From contig JALHPV010000002.1 in NCBI GenBank assembly GCA_022842285.1, forward strand, positions 15,597 to 79,596: 64,000 bases of DNA, written 5' to 3'. Origin of the DNA: Kofleriaceae bacterium. Lineage in GTDB: Bacteria; Myxococcota_A; Polyangia; Haliangiales; Haliangiaceae. Of this stretch, positions 46,633-55,974 are shown in pieces (position 1 is the stretch's first letter; every line of letters starts with the position of its first letter). The position numbers were made by a program, and so were the translations under genes. The notes under the pieces were generated by a model. That model had not been told where the DNA came from, made no database searches, and worked only from the letters and a program-made list of their open reading frames with translations.

Positions 46633-48575
46633 AACGCTTCTCCGATCCGGAGGAACCCCTGCACGCGGGACAGCGACAAGCCGGGGTCGCTCTCGTCGAG
46701 GATGCGGTAGCCGATGTCGATCGCGATCGGCACGTACCAGAGACGCACGCGGCCGCCGATGCCCGCCGCGAGGGCCACGCCCTGCGCGAACGGATCGAGA
46801 GCTTCGCCGGCGCCGCCGAGATCGAGAAACGCCACCGCGCCGACCTGCTTCCGATACGGCAGGAAGCGCAGCTCCGCGCTGGCCTCGACGAGGCTGCGCC
46901 CTCCGACCAGCACCTCGGAGCCCATGGCATCGACCGCAGCCGGCGCGAGTCGGTCACGGCCGTAGCCGCGGTTGCCATATGCACCACCGCCGAAGAGGCG
47001 TGGCCCGAGCGGCACGCCGGCCTCATCGGCGGCGAGGACCCAGCCCGTGCCGACGCGCAGGCCCACCGACACGCTCTGCCTGATGGGCACGAGCAGCCGC
47101 GCATCCGTCGTGAGCTGCAGCCAGCGGTGATCGCCCAGGGCCCCGCCGGGGGAGTACTGCCCGGTTGCTCCCACGAGCCAGCCTCGCGTGGCCTCGACGC
47201 GTTCATCGCGGTGGTCGATCACCGCGGAGCCCTGGAGCACTCCGCCGCGCGACTCCTCGGCGGTGAAGCTGCCTGCCGTCGAGCCGTCGAGCATCGGCAG
47301 ATCGCGCGTCTGGCCCACGCGGAACAGCGCATCGAGCTCGAGCAGGACGCGCGGTGCGGGCACGGCGCGCAGGCCCGGGCCGACGGTGAGCTCGCGCAGC
47401 AGCGCGTCGGGGTACAGCGTGTCGCGCCAGCGGCCCGTGATGCGCCCATCGATGTGATCGCCGGGGTGCAAGTATTGAACGAGGCCGTTGCCGTAGAGGC
47501 CGCTCGCGATCTCTTCATCATCGAAGCGCCAGCCGTAGCCAACGCTACCCTCGAGCACGAGGTGATGCTGCGCCCCGAGAAGGTTCCTCAGCGTCACGCG
47601 CGCGCCGGTGAAGGCGTCGAAGCGATTCGGATCCGCCTCCACGCCGAGCTCCGCCCGCAGCTGCCGGCGTGGCGCCTCCGCGACCAGCACGCGTACCGAC
47701 AGCTCCGTCGGCAGCCTACGGGGCACGAGCTCACCGTTGGCGTCGACTTGCTCGGGCGCGAAGCGACCACCGCTGTCAGGAAACTCGGGGAGGCGCGCGA
47801 TATCGGCGTCGGTGACCACGGCCGCCGTCACGAACGCGCCCGTGTCGAGTAGTGCTAGCTCCGCCTTCTGCGCCCGCTCCGTCGAGAACGGCTCGCCCGC
47901 TTTCAGCCCCGCGCGCGCGAGCACCTCGTCAGCGGGGACCTGCGCGTTACCGACGACGCTGATCGATCCGATCGTGGTCTTCGGTCCGGCGTCGACGTAG
48001 TAGACCCACGCGACCCGCTTCGTCGAGCGATCGACGAAGGCCCGGCTGTACACGCGGGCATGGCCGTAGCCGTGCTCCTGGAGGTGCAGCGCGAGATGGA
48101 GGCGCTCCAGACGATACGGCTCCATCTGGATGTCGGAACCGGCGCCGAAGTGGATCATCGACCGCAGCTCGGCGGCTTCATGTTCGGGGGCGCCCCGGAT
48201 CTCGACGGAGCCGATCGTGTACTTCGGCCCCTCGTGCACCTTCCACGTCACGCGGACACCCGTCTGGTTGGTGTTCCAGTCGAGGACGGGCGCCTCGACC
48301 TCCGCGTCGAAGCGGCCATTCCATGCGAGGAAGGACTGGAGGCGGCGGCGATCCTCGGCGAGCCGGTAGTCGTTGTACGTGCGCTCGGGGAACAGCAGGC
48401 TCTGCTTGCGGAGCCCGAGCAGGTTCATCACCGGCTTGTAAACCACGCTGGTGTCGCCGACCGGCTCGATCGAGACGCTCTCGACGCTGATCTTCGTCGC
48501 GCCCGGCACCGCCGGTAGCGTCACGCTCCGGCATGCCGCGAGCGCAGCGATGAGGACCAAGGCGCGCGCGAACAC
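46629..48575 (-). CDS. tamA: Omp85-family outer-membrane protein (TamA/BamA-like) with POTRA repeats
   Basis: It has a signal peptide (LVLIAALAAC), POTRA-like repeats (e.g. YNDYRLAEDRRRLQSFLAWNGRFDAEVE) and a C-terminal barrel ending in RIGEAF. Confidence 0.75.
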   Translation of the reverse strand: MFARALVLIAALAACRSVTLPAVPGATKISVESVSIEPVGDTSVVYKPVMNLLGLRKQSLLFPERTYNDYRLAEDRRRLQSFLAWNGRFDAEVEAPVLDWNTNQTGVRVTWKVHEGPKYTIGSVEIRGAPEHEAAELRSMIHFGAGSDIQMEPYRLERLHLALHLQEHGYGHARVYSRAFVDRSTKRVAWVYYVDAGPKTTIGSISVVGNAQVPADEVLARAGLKAGEPFSTERAQKAELALLDTGAFVTAAVVTDADIARLPEFPDSGGRFAPEQVDANGELVPRRLPTELSVRVLVAEAPRRQLRAELGVEADPNRFDAFTGARVTLRNLLGAQHHLVLEGSVGYGWRFDDEEIASGLYGNGLVQYLHPGDHIDGRITGRWRDTLYPDALLRELTVGPGLRAVPAPRVLLELDALFRVGQTRDLPMLDGSTAGSFTAEESRGGVLQGSAVIDHRDERVEATRGWLVGATGQYSPGGALGDHRWLQLTTDARLLVPIRQSVSVGLRVGTGWVLAADEAGVPLGPRLFGGGAYGNRGYGRDRLAPAAVDAMGSEVLVGGRSLVEASAELRFLPYRKQVGAVAFLDLGGAGEALDPFAQGVALAAGIGGRVRLWYVPIAIDIGYRILDESDPGLSLSRVQGFLRIGEAF

Positions 48576-48593
48576 TGCCCCGCTAGTGTAGGG

Positions 48594-49331
48594 CTAAACT
48601 CTCGACGACGCCTCGCGCAGGACGGCGGCAGCGTCGGCGCCGGAGGCACAGCGCGTGTGTGCCACGATGAACCGCTTGAGGTCGGGCAATGCCGCCAATC
48701 GCTGGAGCTCGCCGCGAAATGCCACCTTGTCGTCGAGCATCATGAACTTGATGAGCCGCGACACCCGAGGGCCCGGTGCGGAGCCCAGGACGGTCGTGAG
48801 CAGCTTGCCGATCACCGTCGGCGGCTTCGGCATGTTGAACACGCAGTCGCACACGACGACCGTGGCGCCATCGTTCGAGTGGACGATCATCGCGCCCTCG
48901 AGATCCTTCACGCCGGGAAGCGCGCGCAGCGTCACGTCGGCGTCCGATGGGAACTCTTCGTAGGTGCCGTCGACCGCGACCACGTCCTCGATCTTCTGTC
49001 GCGAGCCCTTGGGCGCCCACACCTTCAGCTGCGGGTAGCGCGCCTTGTAGGCCGGTGCGTCGAGTCGGTGCCACCCGTTCGGGACGATCAGGTGTGTGGG
49101 CGTGCCGAGCGCCTCGAGCTTGGCTTGCTCCTCGTCGCGCATCGCGATCGCGTTGTGAATGACCAGCTCGCCATTCTTCCGGCGGGCGACCACCATGTTT
49201 CGCTCGAAGGGCAGGCCGGGAATCGCGCCCAGCACCCACCAGAGGTTCTCGGCGAGCTGCTCCAGCGGCCCGTGCTCGATGACCTTCCAGGTGGTGTTCG
49301 CCTGCCTTGCCATCGCTGGATCGTAGGGCAA
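48594..49331 (-). CDS. Conserved hypothetical protein, DUF4336-like (metallo-beta-lactamase-like fold)
   Basis: The pattern LWWVLG...ERNMVVARRKNGELVIHNAI...LGTPTHLIVPNGWHRLDAPAYKARYP matches my recollection of DUF4336. The start is ATG 49331 or 49313. Confidence 0.5.
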   Translation of the reverse strand: MPYDPAMARQANTTWKVIEHGPLEQLAENLWWVLGAIPGLPFERNMVVARRKNGELVIHNAIAMRDEEQAKLEALGTPTHLIVPNGWHRLDAPAYKARYPQLKVWAPKGSRQKIEDVVAVDGTYEEFPSDADVTLRALPGVKDLEGAMIVHSNDGATVVVCDCVFNMPKPPTVIGKLLTTVLGSAPGPRVSRLIKFMMLDDKVAFRGELQRLAALPDLKRFIVAHTRCASGADAAAVLREASSRV

Positions 49332-49365
49332 CCAAATCGACGTTACCGTGATACGTCATGTGGCG

Positions 49366-49770
49366 ATGCGTCGCATCGATCGAACCGAGGGCCACGCCCG
49401 CGCGGCCCTTGCTATCGCTGGTCTGCTCGCGCTCACGAGCTGCAAGTTCGCCGTGCAGCACCCCGGCGTCACCACCGGCATCGTCGCGGGCACGATGAGC
49501 ATGGGGACCTGCGAGCTCGCGAGCTCCGAACACGCGAAGTGCGCCGCCCTCTCGGGCGGGATCGGCCTCGGTCTCGCGCTCATCGCCGGCCTCGTCTACC
49601 TCGTGGCCGACCCCCATGCGGACGAGGCCGCCGCTGCGGGCCCGCCGCCGCCGCCGGTCGACTGGTCCAAGATCCCGGATACGACGCCCACGCCCGAGGC
49701 CCCGGCCCCCCCGCCGGCGGACAACCCCATGCCCGGCGATCCAGGCTCGGGGTCCGGCTCGGGTTCGTGA
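49366..49770 (+). CDS. Small lipoprotein with a Pro-rich C-terminal tail (134 aa)
   Basis: The ATG at 49366 gives MRRIDRTEGHARAALAIAGLLALTSC, a lipobox. A second hydrophobic segment and a PPPPP/GSGSGS tail follow. It lies 12 bp upstream of kynU. Confidence 0.45.
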   Translation: MRRIDRTEGHARAALAIAGLLALTSCKFAVQHPGVTTGIVAGTMSMGTCELASSEHAKCAALSGGIGLGLALIAGLVYLVADPHADEAAAAGPPPPPVDWSKIPDTTPTPEAPAPPPADNPMPGDPGSGSGSGS

Positions 49771-49782
49771 TACGCACGCGGC

Positions 49783-50949
49783 ATGGGTGACCCCATCGCC
49801 GACAGCCTCCTCGAGCACCGCGCCAAGTTCCCGGCGCTCGAGAAGTGCGTGCACCTCATCTCGCATTCCCTCGGTTGCGTGCCTGCGCAGGCGAAGGAGG
49901 ACCTCGGCGAGTTCTTCGACCTGTGGCAGACGAAGTCGATCACGGCGTGGAGCGACTGGTTGCCCGAGGTCGACAAGGCCGCCGCGCGCATCAGCAAGAT
50001 CATCTCCGCCCAGCCCGGCACGATGATCATGCAGCAGAACGTCTCGGGCGTCATGGCGACCCTCGCCTCGTGCTTCGAGTACACGCCGGAGCGGAACAAG
50101 GTCGTCTACGAGGCGCTCCAGTTCCCCACCGTTTCGTATGTCTGGCAGGCGGAAGCCCGCCGTGGCGCCGAGTGCGTGCTCGTGCCCTCCGCCGATGGGA
50201 CGACGATCGACGCCGACGCGATGTGTGCCGCGATCGACGAGCGCACGGTGTGCGTCCCGATGTCCCACGTCGTGTTCTCGTCGGCGTACATCCAGGACGT
50301 CCGCAAGATCTGCGACAAGGCTCGCTCCGTCGGCGCGCACGTGATCCTCGACTGCTATCAGTCGGTCGGCACCGTGCCCTTCGATGTCACGGAGCTCGGC
50401 GTGTCGTTCGCGTGCGGCGGCTCGGTGAAGTATCTCTGTGGCGGTCCCGGTGCGGCGTGGCTCTACGTCCGCCCCGATCTCATCGAGCAGTTCTCCCCCC
50501 GCGTGACGGGCTGGTTCGGTAACGAGGCCCCGTTCGCGTTCACGATGCCCGCGCAGTCCTACGCCGACACTGTCTGGCGCTACATGGGCGGCACGCCGGC
50601 CATCGCCGCGCTGTACCAGTCGCGGGCCGGCCAGCAGATCATCGCCGACATCGGCATCCGCGCGATCCGCGAGAAGAGCCTCGTCATGACGCAGGCCTGC
50701 ATCGACTGGGTCGACGAGCTCGGCTTCAAGCTCAACAGTCCGCGCGCCGAGGCGCAGCGCGGGGGCTCCGTGGTGTTCGACTTCGTCGGCGCCGCCGATA
50801 TCTGCCGCGAGCTCAACCGCCGCGCGTTCTTCTGCGACCACCGCCCGAACGCCGGTATCCGCATCGCGCCGCACTTCTACACGAAGCGCGAGGAGCTCGA
50901 CCTGTTCTTCGGCGAGCTGAAGAAGATCCGAAGCGGCACCGGACGCTAG
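49783..50949 (+). CDS. kynU: Kynureninase (PLP-dependent, class V aminotransferase fold)
   Basis: The blocks are HLISHSLGCVP, VILDCYQSVG, GGSVKYLCGGPGAAWLYV (PLP-Lys context), GWFG and RIAPHFYT. Confidence 0.75.
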   Translation: MGDPIADSLLEHRAKFPALEKCVHLISHSLGCVPAQAKEDLGEFFDLWQTKSITAWSDWLPEVDKAAARISKIISAQPGTMIMQQNVSGVMATLASCFEYTPERNKVVYEALQFPTVSYVWQAEARRGAECVLVPSADGTTIDADAMCAAIDERTVCVPMSHVVFSSAYIQDVRKICDKARSVGAHVILDCYQSVGTVPFDVTELGVSFACGGSVKYLCGGPGAAWLYVRPDLIEQFSPRVTGWFGNEAPFAFTMPAQSYADTVWRYMGGTPAIAALYQSRAGQQIIADIGIRAIREKSLVMTQACIDWVDELGFKLNSPRAEAQRGGSVVFDFVGAADICRELNRRAFFCDHRPNAGIRIAPHFYTKREELDLFFGELKKIRSGTGR

Positions 50950-50986
50950 CAATCCCGTCACATCTGCTGGCTAGCGTCGGCGGCCG

Positions 50987-52528
50987 ATGACGACCAGGTT
51001 CACGCGGCGGACCTTCCTGCGGGGGGCCGCGACCGTCCCACTGGCGAAGTTCCTTCTCGGGTGCGGCGACGACAACAGCGGTGACGGCGGGCAGGTCGAT
51101 GCAGGTATCGACGCGCCTGATGGTCCATCCCCGCCGATGGTGTTCGACCATGGCGTCGCGAGTGGCGATCCCACGCCCACGGCGTTGATCATCTGGACCC
51201 GCATCTCGCTCGCCAGCGCGCCGGTCGAGGTGATCTGGGAGCTGTCGACGGACGACTTCTCCACCATCGCGATGATGGGCACGGTCATGACGGATGCCGA
51301 CCGCGACTACACGGTCAAGGTCGACGTCACGGGCCTGACGCCGGGCACCACCTATCAGTATCGCTTCAAGGCATCGGGAGAGACCTCGCGCGCTGGTCGC
51401 GCGAAGGTGCCGGTGATGGGCCCGCTCGACGCGATGAAGATCGGGGTGACGTCGTGTTCGAGCCTCGCGCATGGCTACTTTCACGCGTACCGCTCGCTCG
51501 CCGGCGAGGAGGTCGATGTCGTGCTGCACCTCGGCGACTACATCTACGAGTACGGCAATCTCGAGTACGGCGAGATCCGCATGTACGAGCCGCCGACGGA
51601 GATCCTCAGTCTGTCCGACTACCGGACTCGCTACGCGCAGTACCGGCGGGATGCGGATCTGCAGGAGGTCCATGCCCGCCACGCCTTCATCGTCGTGTGG
51701 GACGACCACGAGGTCGCCAACGACGCGAACGAGGATGGCGCCGAGAATCACATGCCCGGGACCGAGGGTTCCTACGCAGCGCGGCGGGCGGCCGCGTTCC
51801 AGGCGCACCGCGAGTGGATGCCAATCCGCGACGGCGAGCCCGGCAAGATCTACCGCAAGCTTGCGTTCGGGGACCTGGTCGATCTCTTCATGCTCGACAC
51901 GCGTCACTTCGGTCGCGACATGCCCATCCCCAACATCGAAGATCCGAACCGGCAGCTCCTCGGAGCCGAGCAGGAGGAGTGGCTCGCTGCCGAGCTGCCG
52001 GCCTCGACGGCAGCCTGGAAGTTCATCGGACAGCAAGTCATGATGGGGCAGCTCCCGCTGCTCATGAACAACGACGCATGGGATGGCTACCCCGCCGCCC
52101 GTACGCGCTTCCTCGACCTGATCGAGACCTCGGACGTGGATGACGTGGTGGTGCTGACGGGGGACATCCACTCCTCCTGGGGCATGGATTTGACGCGCGA
52201 CCCGCAGAACACGTCGACGTACGATCCGGCCACCGGCATGGGCAGTCTCGCCGTCGAGCTCGTGACCCCAGGAATCACGTCACCGGGGCTGCCCGATGCA
52301 ATCGCCCCCGATCTCAACCTCGAGATCTTGTCGATGAACCGCCACATGAAGCATGTCGACGTCGCCCTGCGCGGATACATGTTGCTCGACGTGAATCGCA
52401 CGCGCGTGCGCGCATCGTATCGCCACTGGAATGACCTCCAGATCATCGAGCCAACGTTCGTCGAAGGGACGGTGGGAGCGACGCTCGAAGTGCAGGCGGG
52501 CACCCCTCGCCTCATCAAGGTCAGCTGA
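50987..52528 (+). CDS. phoD: Alkaline phosphatase D (PhoD) with a Tat signal and lipobox
   Basis: It has the twin-arginine signal TRRTFLRGAA followed by LLGC. The PhoD blocks are GVASGDPTPTALIIWTR, TPGTTYQYRF, HLGDYIYEYG, WDDHEVANDA and LTGDIHSSW. Confidence 0.85.
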   Translation: MTTRFTRRTFLRGAATVPLAKFLLGCGDDNSGDGGQVDAGIDAPDGPSPPMVFDHGVASGDPTPTALIIWTRISLASAPVEVIWELSTDDFSTIAMMGTVMTDADRDYTVKVDVTGLTPGTTYQYRFKASGETSRAGRAKVPVMGPLDAMKIGVTSCSSLAHGYFHAYRSLAGEEVDVVLHLGDYIYEYGNLEYGEIRMYEPPTEILSLSDYRTRYAQYRRDADLQEVHARHAFIVVWDDHEVANDANEDGAENHMPGTEGSYAARRAAAFQAHREWMPIRDGEPGKIYRKLAFGDLVDLFMLDTRHFGRDMPIPNIEDPNRQLLGAEQEEWLAAELPASTAAWKFIGQQVMMGQLPLLMNNDAWDGYPAARTRFLDLIETSDVDDVVVLTGDIHSSWGMDLTRDPQNTSTYDPATGMGSLAVELVTPGITSPGLPDAIAPDLNLEILSMNRHMKHVDVALRGYMLLDVNRTRVRASYRHWNDLQIIEPTFVEGTVGATLEVQAGTPRLIKVS

Positions 52529-54691
52529 TCACGGTTGCTCGGCGAGACGTGGCAGAGCGCGGCGACGGCGGCGGCGTAGCGGCAGCACCGCGAGGAGGAG
52601 CGGCCAGGCGCCGGCCAGCGAACCACCGCCGCTGCACGTGCACGCGTAGAAGCTCGTGCGCTCGAAGAGCTCCCCGTCGGCGAAGCCGCTCAGGGTGACC
52701 GTCGTCTGGGCCCCGCCGATGATGAACGGCAGCTCGGCGAGGTGCTGGCCGGGGGTGAACGGCGCGAAGCGCACCATGACGGTGTAGCGCTCGCCCGGAG
52801 CGAGCGTGACGGTCTCCATCGCGGGCTCGATGAGCCACGCGCGTGCCGGCCCCTGACGCGAGAGGACGCTCTCGACGCTCAGCGTCGTCGGCGCGCTGTC
52901 ACAGTTCTCGAGGGTGATCAGCCGCGGCGCGCTCGTGGCATCCACGTCGATGACGGCGAAGTCGTGCGAGCGCGGCGACACGGCGGTGCCATCGGCGATG
53001 TACTCGGCACGCAGGTCGAGGACGTAGGGCCCCACGTCGCCGAGCCAGGTGAACGTGCCCGCGAGGGAGCCACTGGTCTGAGTGGTGGTGATGCTGACGC
53101 TCTGCACCTGACCGACGGGGATCTGGGCGGGAAAGGTGACGTCGGGCGAGTACGTGCCGGCGAAGGGGCCCGTGATCATCGGCGCCATCATCTCGAATGG
53201 TGCCGTGCCGTCGTTCGTGAGGCGAATCGTGCCAGCGACCGGCGCCCCCTCGCAGGCCGTGCCGAGATCGAGCGCACCCGTCGGGTCGATCCGTCCTGAC
53301 CTCTCGGTCACCCGTCCCTTCACGGGGACGTCGAGCGCGATGCCATCCACGGTGAACGTGAGCTTGGTCGTGTCGGCATAGTCCTCGGCCACGGACGGAG
53401 TCATCAGCAGCTTCACGAGAGCGACGCCACCCGGGGTGAGATCGCCGACCGGCATCGTCGTCAGCGCGAGCGTGCTCAGCGGCGCCGCCGAGACGATCTC
53501 GAAGTCGTCGAGCAGCACCGTCGCGGCGCCCGTGTTGCGCACCATCACCGTCAGCTCGACGGAGTTTGTATCCTTCAGCACGTCGCCAAAGCCGAGCTCG
53601 GACGGCTCCAGGCTGACCGACGCACTGGTGACGCTGCAGAGGACGTTCACCATCATCGTGTTCTGCGTGACCTGCGGCGACGACTGGATCGTCAGCGTCT
53701 CGAAGACCTCGTCGGGGACCGGGGACTTGCAGGTGACGGTGATGTCGGTGTTACCGGACGGCGTGTTCACGGCGACGCTGGGAACCGAGACCCGCTCCGG
53801 GTCGGTCGAGGTGATGCTCGCGCCCGCCATGGGGTTCGTACCGGTGTAGCGAAGGCGCAGGGTGCGCGTGCCACCGCTCAGCGGCACCGGGCCCATGTCG
53901 AGGTTGAACACGGGGCCGGCGGGGATGGTGACGTCGAGCGACTCGGTCGCGATGCCGTTGCCGCGGAGCATGACCACGTAGCCCGACATGTTGGCGCCGG
54001 CGCCACCCGTGAACATGGCGATCGAGTCGAGCGGTCCAATCACGGGCGGCGTCAGGGTGACGCCGAGTTGCTTCGTTTCGAGCGGCTGCAAGACGCACGG
54101 AATGGGGCAGCCGGTGATCGTCCACTCGGGTAGGAGGCCAGTGATGGACAGAGGGACTTCGGTCGAGAGCAGGTTCGTCACGGTGATGACCGGCCCCGTG
54201 TTGCTCGGTGTCCCGACCACGACGTCGCCGACGTTCACCGTCAACGGAGACACGGTGAAGGCCTCGTTGTTCGAGTTCGCGAAGCAGGAGATGTTCTCCT
54301 CGTCGAAATCGACCGCCGGGTTCGAGCCTACGACGCGCAGACGCGCGGTGGCGGACCCCATGCCGCTGTAGATGCACCGCAGGCCGATCAGCTGCGGGTT
54401 GTTGGAGAGCGGCCGCGTCGTGTACTGGCAGCTGAGTCCGTTCGCCGAACAGAGATCGCCCACCATGTTCGCCATGAGCCTGAAGGCACCCGGCGGTGAG
54501 GGGTTCAGGATGAACGCCTCGGTCAGCTCGCCCGTGCCGACGATGCCGATGTCGTTCGCGATCGTGAAGTCATGGGGCTCCTCGCCGAGGATTTCGACCT
54601 GACCATCGGCGTACGCGATGGCCGCGGCCGTCGCCACGATCAGGATCGACAGCGCCCGGCGCGCCCAGACTCGTCGCCGTCGCCAGGTCAT
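52529..54691 (-). CDS. Large secreted protein of tandem Ig-like/beta-sandwich domains with a MYXO-CTERM-type anchor (720 aa)
   Basis: The ATG at 54689-54691 overlaps the upstream stop as ATGA. The signal peptide is ALSILIVATAAAIAYA. There are several domains of about 100 aa each, rich in T/V/S (choice-of-anchor-D-like). The C-terminus is YACTCSGGGSLAGAWPLLLAVLPLRRRRRR. Confidence 0.75.
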   Translation of the reverse strand: MTWRRRRVWARRALSILIVATAAAIAYADGQVEILGEEPHDFTIANDIGIVGTGELTEAFILNPSPPGAFRLMANMVGDLCSANGLSCQYTTRPLSNNPQLIGLRCIYSGMGSATARLRVVGSNPAVDFDEENISCFANSNNEAFTVSPLTVNVGDVVVGTPSNTGPVITVTNLLSTEVPLSITGLLPEWTITGCPIPCVLQPLETKQLGVTLTPPVIGPLDSIAMFTGGAGANMSGYVVMLRGNGIATESLDVTIPAGPVFNLDMGPVPLSGGTRTLRLRYTGTNPMAGASITSTDPERVSVPSVAVNTPSGNTDITVTCKSPVPDEVFETLTIQSSPQVTQNTMMVNVLCSVTSASVSLEPSELGFGDVLKDTNSVELTVMVRNTGAATVLLDDFEIVSAAPLSTLALTTMPVGDLTPGGVALVKLLMTPSVAEDYADTTKLTFTVDGIALDVPVKGRVTERSGRIDPTGALDLGTACEGAPVAGTIRLTNDGTAPFEMMAPMITGPFAGTYSPDVTFPAQIPVGQVQSVSITTTQTSGSLAGTFTWLGDVGPYVLDLRAEYIADGTAVSPRSHDFAVIDVDATSAPRLITLENCDSAPTTLSVESVLSRQGPARAWLIEPAMETVTLAPGERYTVMVRFAPFTPGQHLAELPFIIGGAQTTVTLSGFADGELFERTSFYACTCSGGGSLAGAWPLLLAVLPLRRRRRRALPRLAEQP

Positions 54692-55974
54692 AGCCGCCCG
54701 ATCACCCCGACCGTCGGCACGAGGATGCTCGTCTCGTAGAGGGCCTCGTCGACGCCGAAGAAGTATTCGAAGCCGATGTCGGCTTGCACGCTGAGATGCC
54801 CATTCAAATACAGCTCCAGGCCGCCCGCGCCGCGCAGGCCCGCCGCGATCTTCGTCGCCTCCATCGAGTCCTGGTAGACGAACGCGGGCACGCCGCCCGC
54901 GATGTACGGCCGGAAGAAGCCGGTGAGCAACCGGTACCGCAGACCGATGTATGCGCCGTTCACGTCGGAGCGCAGATACATGATGTCCGCTTCGATTCGA
55001 TCGCGCGCGATCGCGATGCCCACTCCCCCCGCCGCACCACGCAGCTTGCCGTCGACGCGCAGCACGCCGAGCACGCCCGAGTGGATGTACTCTCGCTTCG
55101 GCACGAAGGCGACCAGATCGCCGCCGTCGCGGGTCTCGAACGTCGGCACGATCGCCGACACCTCGGGACCCGCGTACCCCGAGCGGACCCGGCGCTTGTT
55201 GCCCGTGCCGTCGGAGCCGTACTGCGTGCCGGTGGTGAGCCACGCATCCACGTGCTCGGGGGCTGCTGCCGTCGGCGGAGGAGCCGTCACCACGTCGGGC
55301 GGACCCACCGGCGTGACCGCCACGGGGGGTGGGGGGGCGACGACGGCGGCGACCTCCTTCAGCTCACCCTCGAAGCCGTTGACTGTCACCTCCGTCGTCT
55401 GCTCGCCATTGCGCGCGCGCAGGAGATGAAGTCCCGGCCGCACCCGCGTCTGCATCGACGTGCCAACAGCGATGAACGGTCCTGCATCGATCGACAGCTC
55501 GGTGCCCGGTGGCGCCACGCGAATGGTGAGGATCGTGAGCTGCTCGTCGAGCTTGAGCAGGATCTCCTTCACCTCGGCCACGCGTTCGGGACCCGTCGCG
55601 GGGTCGAGTAGATACCGCTGGTACGTGTTCGCCGCGTCCGCGAGCCGCCCCATGTCGCGCAGCGTCGACGCGATGTTCAGCAAGATCTTCGGGCTCGGAA
55701 ACGTCGCGTACGCCTCGAGGAAGTTTGCGAGAGCCTGGTCATAGACCTCGGCGTCGAGCTGTCTCAGACCCTCGAGCATCAGCGCTTTCGCGAGCTCGCG
55801 CAGCTTCGGGTCCGTCACCGGAATCGCCGGGTCTTGCACGATCACAGCGAGGGAGCGCGCGAGCTGCCCGTCGTCCTGCTTCGTGGCGAGCGGCGGTGGC
55901 GCCGTCACCGGTTGGGCAGCGGCGGCGCGAGCCAGGAGGGCCGTCGCCACGAGTGCGGCGCGAGGTATCGTCAC
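54688..55974 (-). CDS. Secreted protein with a TPR-like region, a PEGA domain and a C-terminal beta-barrel-like region (428 aa)
   Basis: The signal peptide is AALVATALLARAAAAQP. The TPR-like segment is YDQALANFLEAYATFPSPKILLNIASTLRDMGRLADAANTYQRYL. The PEGA-like segment is LTIRVAPPGTELSIDAGPF. The C-terminus has alternating hydrophobic strands. The GTG start overlaps the kinase stop as GTGA. Confidence 0.7.
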   Translation of the reverse strand: MTIPRAALVATALLARAAAAQPVTAPPPLATKQDDGQLARSLAVIVQDPAIPVTDPKLRELAKALMLEGLRQLDAEVYDQALANFLEAYATFPSPKILLNIASTLRDMGRLADAANTYQRYLLDPATGPERVAEVKEILLKLDEQLTILTIRVAPPGTELSIDAGPFIAVGTSMQTRVRPGLHLLRARNGEQTTEVTVNGFEGELKEVAAVVAPPPPVAVTPVGPPDVVTAPPPTAAAPEHVDAWLTTGTQYGSDGTGNKRRVRSGYAGPEVSAIVPTFETRDGGDLVAFVPKREYIHSGVLGVLRVDGKLRGAAGGVGIAIARDRIEADIMYLRSDVNGAYIGLRYRLLTGFFRPYIAGGVPAFVYQDSMEATKIAAGLRGAGGLELYLNGHLSVQADIGFEYFFGVDEALYETSILVPTVGVIGRL

